Assembly: GCA_035645145.1 (NCBI GenBank)
Contig: DASQNC010000022.1
Location: 1,146 to 65,145, forward strand
Source: Azospirillaceae bacterium
GTDB lineage: Bacteria > Pseudomonadota > Alphaproteobacteria > Azospirillales > Azospirillaceae
Length of the DNA stretch: 64,000 nucleotides
Reading direction: 5' to 3'
The position numbers were made by a program, and so were the translations under genes. Of this stretch, positions 9,548 to 17,017 are shown in pieces; the stretch's first letter is position 1; every line of letters begins with the position of its first letter. The notes below the pieces were generated by a model, which was not told the DNA's origin, made no database searches, and saw nothing but the letters and a program-made list of their open reading frames with translations.

Positions 9548-9562
9548 GAACGGGACGCGAAC
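9548..9562 (+). promoter_or_regulatory. Alphaproteobacterial SOS (LexA) box-like direct repeat
   Basis: GAAC-GGGACGC-GAAC (GAAC-N7-GAAC), 19 nt upstream of the uvrB ATG. Confidence 0.5.
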
Positions 9563-9580
9563 GCGGGCTACCTTCTGGCC

Positions 9581-11896
9581 ATGACCGCGCAAATCCCCGC
9601 CACCGTCCCTCATCTTGCCACCCCGTTGAAGCACGAACGCAAGCTCGAGGCGGGCCGGCGGTTCGAGCTGAAATCCCCGTTCCAGCCGGCCGGCGACCAG
9701 CCGAAGGCCATCGCGGAGCTGGCCGCCGGGCTGCGCAACAATGAACGCGACCAGGTGCTGCTGGGGGTCACCGGGTCGGGCAAGACCTTCACCATGGCGC
9801 ATGTCATCCAGGAGCTGCAGCGGCCGGCGCTGATCCTGGCGCCCAACAAGACGCTGGCGGCGCAGCTCTATGGGGAGTTCAAGCAGTTTTTTCCCGAAAA
9901 CGCGGTCGAGTATTTCGTTTCGTATTACGATTACTACCAGCCCGAGGCCTACGTCCCACGTACCGACACATACATTGAGAAGGAAAGCTCCATCAACGAG
10001 CAGATCGACCGGATGCGCCATTCGGCGACCCGGGCGCTGCTGGAGCGTGACGACGTCATCATCGTCGCCTCGGTGTCGTGCATCTACGGTATCGGGTCGG
10101 TCGAACTCTACTCCGAGATGACGCTGACGCTGGAGGCCGGGCGCGCCTATCCGCGCCAGCATCTCCTGGGGCGGTTGGTGGAGCTCCAGTACAAGCGCAA
10201 CGACGCCGGCTTCCAGCGCGGCACCTTCCGGGTGCGTGGCGACACCATCGAACTGTTCCCCGCCCACTTGGAGGACCGGGCCTGGCGCCTGTCCCTGTTC
10301 GGCGACGAGCTGGAGTCGATCCACGAGATCGACCCGCTGACCGGCGAGAAGGTCGCCTCGCTGGAGGCGGTGCGCCTGTACGCCAACAGCCACTACGTCA
10401 CCCCGAAGCCCACGCTCCATCAGGCCGTCAAGCAGATCCAGCACGACCTGAAGCTCCGGCTGGAGGAGTTCCACGCGCAAGGAAAACTCCTGGAAGCGCA
10501 GCGGTTGGAGCAACGCACCCAATTCGACATCGAGATGATGCTGGCGACCGGAAGCTGCGCCGGCATCGAGAACTACAGCCGCTATCTGACCGGCCGCGCG
10601 CCGGGCGAACCGCCGCCGACCCTGTTCGAATACCTGCCGTCGAACGCGCTTCTGTTTGTGGACGAAAGCCATGTGATGGTGCCGCAGATCGGCGGCATGT
10701 ACCGCGGCGACTACATGCGCAAGTCCACGCTGGCGGACTTCGGGTTCCGGCTGCCGAGCTGCATCGACAACCGGCCGCTGAAGTTCGAGGAGTGGGACGC
10801 CATGCGGCCGCCCTCGGTGTTCGTCTCGGCCACGCCGGGCGCGTGGGAGATGGAGTGCACCGGCGGTGTCTTCGCCGAGCAGGTGGTCCGTCCCACCGGC
10901 CTGATCGACCCGGAAGTCATCGTTCGCCCGACCGAGACGCAGGTGGACGACCTGATCGCCGAGTGCAAGGACGTGGTCGCCAAAGGCCTGCGCGTCCTGT
11001 GCACGACGCTGACCAAGAAAATGGCCGAGGCGCTGACCGAATACCTGATCGAGGCCGGCCTCAAGGTCCGGTACATCCATTCCGACGTGGAGACGCTGGA
11101 GCGGATCGAGATCATCCGGGACCTGCGGCTCGGCGTCTTCGACGTGCTGGTGGGCATCAACCTGCTGCGCGAGGGGCTGGACATTCCCGAATGCGGGCTG
11201 GTTGCCATCCTTGATGCCGACAAGGAAGGCTATCTGCGATCGCGCACGTCTCTGATCCAGACCATCGGCCGCGCCGCCCGAAACCTGGAAGGGCGGGCGA
11301 TCCTGTATGCCGACAGGATCACCGACAGTATGCAGTACGCCATCGACGAGACGAACCGCCGGCGCGAAAAGCAGATGGCCTACAACAAAGCCCACGGCAT
11401 CACGCCGGAAAGCGTCAAGAAGGCGATCGGCGATGTGTTGGCCAGCGTCTACGAGCGCGCCGACCGGGTCGAAGTGGACACCGGCCTGACCGGGGCGCAG
11501 ACCCTGGCCGGCAGCAATCTCAAGGCCGTCCTGGCCGACATCGAGAAGAAGATGCGCGAGGCCGCGGCCAACCTGGAATTCGAGGAGGCCGCCCGCTACC
11601 GCGACGAGTTGCGGCGCCTGGAGGCCATGGACCTCGGACTTACCCCCGGACCGGCCGCCAATTCGATCGGGATCGGCACCGGCCAGTTGGGCCGCGGTCG
11701 CCCGCAGGCAGGATCGGACGACGGCCGCAACAGCCGTGCCACCCGCGCGGGCGCCCGCGACGGCCGCGGCCGTCCGGATGGCGCCGGAACCCGTACCGGC
11801 AATGCCCGGCCGACCGACGATGGCGGGGTGGACATCGGCGGCGTGCAGTTTGGCGGCACGAAGACCCGCAAGGCGGGACCCGGGCGCAGGCGCTGA
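9581..11896 (+). CDS. uvrB: Excinuclease ABC subunit B
   Basis: MTAQ...[20 protein letters not shown]. Walker [13 protein letters not shown] box, beta-hairpin region, UVR domain [16 protein letters not shown], then an ~88-aa Arg/Gly-rich tail. Confidence 0.97.
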   Translation: MTAQIPATVPHLATPLKHERKLEAGRRFELKSPFQPAGDQPKAIAELAAGLRNNERDQVLLGVTGSGKTFTMAHVIQELQRPALILAPNKTLAAQLYGEFKQFFPENAVEYFVSYYDYYQPEAYVPRTDTYIEKESSINEQIDRMRHSATRALLERDDVIIVASVSCIYGIGSVELYSEMTLTLEAGRAYPRQHLLGRLVELQYKRNDAGFQRGTFRVRGDTIELFPAHLEDRAWRLSLFGDELESIHEIDPLTGEKVASLEAVRLYANSHYVTPKPTLHQAVKQIQHDLKLRLEEFHAQGKLLEAQRLEQRTQFDIEMMLATGSCAGIENYSRYLTGRAPGEPPPTLFEYLPSNALLFVDESHVMVPQIGGMYRGDYMRKSTLADFGFRLPSCIDNRPLKFEEWDAMRPPSVFVSATPGAWEMECTGGVFAEQVVRPTGLIDPEVIVRPTETQVDDLIAECKDVVAKGLRVLCTTLTKKMAEALTEYLIEAGLKVRYIHSDVETLERIEIIRDLRLGVFDVLVGINLLREGLDIPECGLVAILDADKEGYLRSRTSLIQTIGRAARNLEGRAILYADRITDSMQYAIDETNRRREKQMAYNKAHGITPESVKKAIGDVLASVYERADRVEVDTGLTGAQTLAGSNLKAVLADIEKKMREAAANLEFEEAARYRDELRRLEAMDLGLTPGPAANSIGIGTGQLGRGRPQAGSDDGRNSRATRAGARDGRGRPDGAGTRTGNARPTDDGGVDIGGVQFGGTKTRKAGPGRRR

Positions 11897-11907
11897 CTCT
11901 CGCCGGT

Positions 11908-11932
11908 GGAACGCCAAGTCCCCAAAGGTGTT
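11908..11932 (+). promoter_or_regulatory. EcfG-type (general stress response ECF sigma) promoter-like motif
   Basis: GGAAC-N16-TGTT (GGAACgccaagtccccaaaggTGTT), 100 nt upstream of the ATG at 12033. Confidence 0.4.
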
Positions 11933-12032
11933 GGCCGTGTGGGAATTCCGCGGCCCGTACGGCTCGGATGTGCGGCATCGCGCCCGGCACCTTTCACCTG
12001 TCCTGAGTGTTCCCAGTGAAAGGGAGCTCTCC

Positions 12033-12260
12033 ATGGCCACTGAGTATTTCGTGACGCGCCGCGGTGCGCACTGGTACGTCGATGTGAACCGCGACAACCA
12101 CGGCCCTTATCTCAGCCGCCGCGACGCCGTGCTGGATGCGCTCGACGCCGCCGAAGCCGAAGGCCGGCATGCGGTGGTGTTGGTGAAGGAGCCGGGCCAC
12201 GACGCCACCGTTCTGTGGCGCCACGGCAGCAAGCACCCGCGACCCTTGGATGTCGTTTGA
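12033..12260 (+). CDS. Small hypothetical protein (75 aa), DUF2188-like layout
   Basis: MATEYFVTRRGAHWYVDVNRDNHGPYLSRRDAVLDALDAAEAEGRHAVVLVKEPGHD.... AAAGGGAG Shine-Dalgarno 7 nt upstream. An in-frame upstream GTG at 11929 is a possible alternative start. Confidence 0.55.
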   Translation: MATEYFVTRRGAHWYVDVNRDNHGPYLSRRDAVLDALDAAEAEGRHAVVLVKEPGHDATVLWRHGSKHPRPLDVV

Positions 12261-12420
12261 GTTCCGGGCCCTGCCACCCACCCCAGATAGCGCAAGGCAC
12301 GCGGAGCGCGGAAACTGACATCCCGGCGGAAAGGGCTTGTGGAGGCTCCGTTCGGAACCCCATTTGCGCATGGCGCGCCATCAACCATTTCAAGTTCATT
12401 TTCTGTCCGGGAGATCGGAT

Positions 12421-12870
12421 ATGAGCATCCTCGACCGCCTTACCGGGCGTGGTGGCCGCACCTCGCAGGCGGAAACCTTTCCCGTGATCAAAAGCGAGGC
12501 GGAGTGGCAGGCGGCGCTTTCGCCCGAACAGTTCCGCGTCCTGCGCAAGCATGGGACCGAGCCGCCGGGCTCCAGCCCCCTGAATCTCGAAAAGCGCGAG
12601 GGGATCTTTTGCTGCGCAGGGTGCGGCCGGCCCTTGTTCGAGTCTGCGTCCAAATACGAAAGCGGCACCGGCTGGCCCAGCTTCTCGGCCCCCCTGCCGG
12701 GCGCCGTAGGCCTGTCCGAGGACAGGAGCCTCTTCATGCGCCGGACCGAGGCGCACTGCGCCGGTTGCGGTGGGCATCTTGGCCACGTCTTTCCGGACGG
12801 TCCGCCGCCAACAGGGCAGCGTTATTGCATGAATGGCGCCGCCATGACCTTCAAGCCCAACGAAGCCTGA
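12421..12870 (+). CDS. msrB: Peptide-methionine (R)-S-oxide reductase
   Basis: SelR domain with zinc CxxC pairs (CAGCGRPLF, CAGCGGHLGHVF), GWPSF and the catalytic RYCMNG. Confidence 0.95.
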   Translation: MSILDRLTGRGGRTSQAETFPVIKSEAEWQAALSPEQFRVLRKHGTEPPGSSPLNLEKREGIFCCAGCGRPLFESASKYESGTGWPSFSAPLPGAVGLSEDRSLFMRRTEAHCAGCGGHLGHVFPDGPPPTGQRYCMNGAAMTFKPNEA

Positions 12871-12982
12871 GGTGCGGCCGGTCGAATGGGGCCGTTCAAC
12901 CCAAAAGTCGCTTGCATCGGCCGGCGTATCGCGCCTGTTTCTTGGGACTGAACGGAGCCCAAGACGCGAAAGGAACCGGGCC

Positions 12983-13249
12983 ATGTCGAACCTCCACAAG
13001 CGGGCCATGGATGCGGTGTTGGAAGCCGCCGCCCAGGATGTGGCAGGCCACCTGCAGGATCTTGGCATCAAGGATCGCTACGGCGAGGACGCGGACGATG
13101 CGATCCTGGACGTGGCCATCATGCACGCCTATCGCGTCTTCGTGCGCATCTGCGAGCAGGAGGGCCAGCACGCCGACGCCGCCCTGTTCGCCGAACTGGC
13201 TGGAGAGCTGGCCGACGAAATGGCGCTTGAGGGTGAAAGCGACGATTGA
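12983..13249 (+). CDS. Small acidic helical hypothetical protein (88 aa)
   Basis: MSNLHKRAMDAVLEAAAQDVAGHL...ELADEMALEGESDD. GC3-rich codons. No recognisable family. Confidence 0.5.
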   Translation: MSNLHKRAMDAVLEAAAQDVAGHLQDLGIKDRYGEDADDAILDVAIMHAYRVFVRICEQEGQHADAALFAELAGELADEMALEGESDD

Positions 13250-13257
13250 AAAGGAAA

Positions 13258-13288
13258 GGGCCGGCCGCTTTCGCAGCCGGCCCCTTTT
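13258..13288. terminator. Bidirectional rho-independent terminator
   Basis: GGGCCGGC-N10-GCCGGCCC followed by CTTTT, with AAA upstream. Sits between the convergent acidic ORF (+) and flagellin (-). Confidence 0.7.
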
Positions 13289-13312
13289 GCCGGAACCCTT
13301 GCGGGCCGTCCC

Positions 13313-14149
13313 TTAGCGGAACAGGCCGAGCAGGATCTGCGGCGCCTGGTTGGCGACGCCCAGGGCCTGGGCCCCCAGCTGCTGCTTGATCTGCAGGGCC
13401 TGCAGCCGCGCGCTGTCCTTCGCCAGATCGGCGTCGACGATGAAGCCGAGCGCCTCTTCCGAGGCCTTCTTCATCGCCTCGTTGAAGTTGATCTGGTTCT
13501 TGACCCGGCGCAGGTCGCCGCCCAGCTCGTTCAGGCCGCTCAGGACCGAGTTCTGGAACTTGGTCAGGCTGCCGTTCGCCGACAGCAGGCCGGCGGCCGA
13601 GGCCCGGCCGATTGCCGTGCCCGACGCACCCAGCGCCGCGCCGATGGACGAGGTCTGGATCGCGCGCGCCTTGATCGTGTACTGCTCGCCGTAGGCGTTG
13701 GAGACGACCTGGCGGTTCGTCGCGCCCGAGCCGATCAGGGTGACGCTGTTGAACACCGCGTTGTTGCGGAAGTTGAAGACTTCCCCGCGCAGGCGGTTCA
13801 GGTCGGCGTTGTACTGCGAGCGCTGGGCGGTCGACAGGTTGCCGTCGGCCAGCTTCGTCAGGGTCTCGCGGACCTTGATCAGGGTGTTGGAAATCGCGGT
13901 GGTGCCCTCCAGCGCGACGCCGAGCACGCCCAGGCCACCGGAGAGCTGCTGGTTGACGGCGCTGATGGCGGCGACGTTGGAGCGGATGCCCTGAGCGACG
14001 GCGAAGGCGGCGCCGTTGTCGGAGGCATCGGCGACCTGGTAGCCGGTGCTGACGCGCTTCTGAACCTGGGCCAACTCTTGGTTGGTCTTGTTCAACGTCT
14101 GCAGCGCGATGAGGGCGCCCGGGTTCGTATTGACCGAGTTGATGACCAT
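13313..14149 (-). CDS. Flagellin (short alphaproteobacterial / Caulobacter FljK-like type)
   Basis: 278 aa. N-terminal MVINSVNTNPGALIALQTLNKTNQELAQVQKRVSTG and C-terminal VDADLAKDSARLQALQIKQQLGAQALGVANQAPQILLGLFR. GGGGAG Shine-Dalgarno. ATG (plus-strand CAT) at 14147-14149. Confidence 0.93.
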   Translation of the reverse strand: MVINSVNTNPGALIALQTLNKTNQELAQVQKRVSTGYQVADASDNGAAFAVAQGIRSNVAAISAVNQQLSGGLGVLGVALEGTTAISNTLIKVRETLTKLADGNLSTAQRSQYNADLNRLRGEVFNFRNNAVFNSVTLIGSGATNRQVVSNAYGEQYTIKARAIQTSSIGAALGASGTAIGRASAAGLLSANGSLTKFQNSVLSGLNELGGDLRRVKNQINFNEAMKKASEEALGFIVDADLAKDSARLQALQIKQQLGAQALGVANQAPQILLGLFR

Positions 14150-14416
14150 GTTACTCCCCTTCTGGTCGTTGGGACCGGCCTTCCGCCGGTTGAGCCGGAA
14201 TTTCACCAGCACCCTAGAGATGCATATCGAAGGGGGTAGGTGTCAATTGTCTTGGAAACGCCCTAAATCAAAAATTAATTCCTATCTAAATTATTTCCTT
14301 GGCGAAAACGGTGGGTCCTTGATTGTTCTTTCCCCTGTGTTGAATTGAAGGAACCGCGAACGAGGGCGACCGCAAAGGGCGCGGGCCGGCCCCCGTCCGG
14401 GCATTCCGCCAATATA

Positions 14417-15349
14417 TTACGGACGCGGGTTCGAACCGGACCAAGCCCCGGTCCGCTCCGTCGTCGGGGCGAACTCACGGAACGCCCAGCGCTGGGGCAG
14501 GGCCCCGGGCCGGCGCCAGCCTCGGACCACCCGGACGCGCCAAAGCCGTTCGGCCCCGGGGAACATCTGCGCCGCGCTTGCGTCCCAGAGGACTTCCGCG
14601 GTGCCCTGGAGGCACAGCAGGTCGCCACTCGCAAAGTCCACGAACAGCAGGCCCGTGCGTGGTTCCAGCAGCAGGTTGCCCAGCGTGTTGTAGTAGCGGT
14701 TGCCTTTGAAGTCCGGGATGGTGAGCGTCTGGCCGTCCACATGGACGAAGCCGGGCCGGCCGCCGCGGTGGGACGCGTCAATCCCGCCCTGTTCGCCGGC
14801 TCCTTGTCCGCTGCTGGTGGCGACGAAGAAGGTGTCCGCGGCCTCGATCAATGCCCGGGCGTCCGCGTCGATTCCGTCAATGGGTTCGGCCGGACGCGGC
14901 GTGGCCTCCACCAGGGACACGTCGCGGGTCTGGATGTATTGCGGGCAGTTGCCGAAGCTCTGGTGCACGGCGACCACCAGTTTCCCATCGTCCGCCGAGG
15001 CAATGCGCCCATTGGCCCGGTTGCGGCGACGCGTGCCGAGGTCGATGCCGAGCAAGCCCACTGGAGAGCCGGGCGCGAAGCCCGGCGCCGCAGGATCGAG
15101 CGGGTCCGGCCCGCCGGCAATGTGCAGGGTCCGGGGGTCCGGACTGGTCACGAACCCCGGTGGTCCCGTCAGAAGGGTCGCATGGGGCCAGCCGTCCTGG
15201 TCCAGGACCCCGGCGACCATGAAGTGCAGCAGTTCGTAGAAGGTCCGATGCTGGTCGGGCATGAAGTCGCGGATGGGCGCATTGCCCGGTCCCCGTCCTG
15301 CCAGCCGTTGCGCATCGAGTTCGCCTTGGTGGAACGGGGCTTCGATCAT
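14417..15349 (-). CDS. Pyridoxamine 5'-phosphate oxidase-related FMN-binding (split-barrel) protein
   Basis: 310 aa. MIEAPFHQGELDAQRLAG...FFVATSS...DASHRGGRPGFV...IPDFKGNRYYNTLGNL is typical of the two-domain PNPOx-like family. Starts 8 nt after the GST stop. Confidence 0.8.
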   Translation of the reverse strand: MIEAPFHQGELDAQRLAGRGPGNAPIRDFMPDQHRTFYELLHFMVAGVLDQDGWPHATLLTGPPGFVTSPDPRTLHIAGGPDPLDPAAPGFAPGSPVGLLGIDLGTRRRNRANGRIASADDGKLVVAVHQSFGNCPQYIQTRDVSLVEATPRPAEPIDGIDADARALIEAADTFFVATSSGQGAGEQGGIDASHRGGRPGFVHVDGQTLTIPDFKGNRYYNTLGNLLLEPRTGLLFVDFASGDLLCLQGTAEVLWDASAAQMFPGAERLWRVRVVRGWRRPGALPQRWAFREFAPTTERTGAWSGSNPRP

Positions 15350-15357
15350 CGCCGGCC

Positions 15358-16023
15358 TCAGGTCGAGGGGGGCATGGGAGTGCGCGGCATGGGCTTGAAG
15401 TGCGGCAGCGCCTCAACCCGCGAAAGCCACGCCCGCAGGGCCGGGTAGGGGGCCAGCGAAATGCCCCCTTCGGGCGCATGTGCGATGTAGGAGTAGCAGG
15501 CGAGGTCGGCGATCGTCGGATGCTCGGCCGCAAGATAGGTGCGGTCGGTCAGGTGAACGTCCATGAACCGGAACAGGTTTTCCGCGATCTCGGTGGCGAT
15601 CTGCTTGTCGCCCTTCAGCCCCCAATGCGTCATCAGGCGGGCGGCGGCCGGTCCGTACTTCACCTCGCCGGCCGCAATCGAAAGCCAACGCTGGACCAGG
15701 GCGGCGGCAACCGGTTCCTCCGGCAACCAGGTGCCCCCCTTGTCGTACCGCTTCGCCAGATAGACGAGCATCGCGTTGCTGTCGGACAGGACAAGGTCGC
15801 CGTCCTCAAGGACCGGGATCTGGGCGAAAGGGTTCAGCCTGCGGAATTCCGGGGCTCGGCGCACGGGAGCGGAGGCGTCCACGGTGCAGTAGGGCAGATC
15901 GAGCATGCGCAGCAGGAGTTCGACCCGGTGCGCATGCCCGGATAGGGCCGTGCCATGGAGCTTGATGGTGTGGTTCGGCATGAAAGTCCCGATCGCAGCG
16001 GAAGCCAGGGAAGCTTCCGTCAT
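15358..16023 (-). CDS. Glutathione S-transferase
   Basis: Start at ATG 16021-16023 with a GGAGGTGGAA Shine-Dalgarno. IKLHGTALSGHAHRVELLL...NPFAQIPVLEDGDLVLSDSNAMLVYL (thioredoxin-like N-domain) plus a helical C-domain. Confidence 0.9.
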   Translation of the reverse strand: MTEASLASAAIGTFMPNHTIKLHGTALSGHAHRVELLLRMLDLPYCTVDASAPVRRAPEFRRLNPFAQIPVLEDGDLVLSDSNAMLVYLAKRYDKGGTWLPEEPVAAALVQRWLSIAAGEVKYGPAAARLMTHWGLKGDKQIATEIAENLFRFMDVHLTDRTYLAAEHPTIADLACYSYIAHAPEGGISLAPYPALRAWLSRVEALPHFKPMPRTPMPPST

Positions 16024-16084
16024 TTCCACCTCCGTTGGAATATGGATGGATGGAAATTCACCCTTCCGAACATTGGAATAATTG

Positions 16085-17005
16085 ATGGACCGCCTCGACG
16101 AGTTGGCCGTGTTCATCGCCGTCCTCGACACCGGAAGCCTTGCCGCGGCCGCTCGGAAGCTGCGGCGGTCGCCGCCTGCCGTGACGCGCGCTCTTTCCAC
16201 CCTGGAGGCCCGGGCCGGCGCACGGCTGATCGAGCGGACCACACGCCGGCTGGCGCCGACCGAGGCGGGGCGCCGGTTGGCGGAACATGCCAGGACGGTG
16301 TTGGCCAGCTACGACGACGCGCTTGGCAACCTTCCCGACGCGCCTCCGAGCGGTCTCCTGCGCGTAACGGCACCTTTGGTGTTCGGCCGCATCCATGTGA
16401 CGCCGGTGGTCGCCACCTTTCTCGATACCCACCCGGCGGTGCGTATCGAATTCCTCCTCTCCGACCGCAACCTCGACCTGATCGAGGAGGGAGTGGACGT
16501 GGCCGTCCGAATCGGACACTTGGCAGGTTCGGGCTCGGTCGTGCGCCGGGTCGGCGAAGTCCGACGCGTGCTGATCGCGAGCCCGGACTATCTGGCCCGG
16601 AATGGGCCGCCCCAGGATCCCGCCGATCTGGCCGGCCACCATGTGGTCTTCACAACCGGCCGGTCCACGCTGTTGGAATGGCGCTTCCAGCGCGCCGGGC
16701 GCGAGCAGGCCGTCCGGTTGAGGCCGCGTCTGGTCGTGAACGAGATCGAATCGATGCTGTGGGCCGTCCGGGCCGGGTACGGGATCGGCCGGGCCCTGTC
16801 CTATCAGGTTGCCGAGGATCTGGAAGCGGGGCGCCTGGTCCGGCTGTTGCCCGGGTTCGAGCCGCCTGCGCTGCCCGTCCACCTGGTTGTGCCCAGCGCC
16901 CAGCACATGGCGCCGAAGGTCCGGGCCTTTCTCGACCACGCCGCCCGGTGCCTTCAACGGCTGGATTTGATCCGTCCGGAGCAGCAGGTGCCCGTGGAAG
17001 GGTGA
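16085..17005 (+). CDS. LysR-family transcriptional regulator
   Basis: MDRLDELAVFIAVLDTGSLAAAARKLRRSPPAVTRALSTLEARAGARLIERTTR HTH plus a substrate-binding domain. Divergent from the GST operon. Confidence 0.92.
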   Translation: MDRLDELAVFIAVLDTGSLAAAARKLRRSPPAVTRALSTLEARAGARLIERTTRRLAPTEAGRRLAEHARTVLASYDDALGNLPDAPPSGLLRVTAPLVFGRIHVTPVVATFLDTHPAVRIEFLLSDRNLDLIEEGVDVAVRIGHLAGSGSVVRRVGEVRRVLIASPDYLARNGPPQDPADLAGHHVVFTTGRSTLLEWRFQRAGREQAVRLRPRLVVNEIESMLWAVRAGYGIGRALSYQVAEDLEAGRLVRLLPGFEPPALPVHLVVPSAQHMAPKVRAFLDHAARCLQRLDLIRPEQQVPVEG

Positions 17006-17017
17006 AAGGGGGGGCGG

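Noticed and set aside
9020-12097. 1025-aa ORF antisense to uvrB
   Set aside because: It lies entirely opposite a gene with unambiguous UvrB motifs. The translation is Arg/Gly/Ala/Pro-rich nonsense with no motifs. Long stop-free antisense frames are expected at this GC content.
11736-12260. 174-aa version of the small ORF, overlapping the uvrB 3' end
   Set aside because: It would overlap uvrB coding sequence in another frame. The strong Shine-Dalgarno sits before the internal ATG at 12033. An intermediate GTG start at 11929 cannot be fully excluded, because GC3 is high between 11900 and 11990.
14082-14348. 88-aa plus-strand ORF in the AT-rich flagellin upstream region
   Set aside because: It has atypical AT-rich codon usage and no Shine-Dalgarno, and it overlaps the flagellin start and promoter region. 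It is most likely non-coding regulatory DNA.
14426-14440. tRNA T-loop-like GGGTTCGAACC string
   Set aside because: The flanking bases cannot form a T-stem or an acceptor stem, and it lies inside the PNPOx-like CDS. No tRNA-like cloverleaf was found anywhere else in the window.
16042-16053. (ATGG)3 tetranucleotide run in the GST/lysR control region as a phase-variation tract
   Set aside because: Three units is too short for meaningful slipped-strand variation. It more likely forms part of the LysR binding region.
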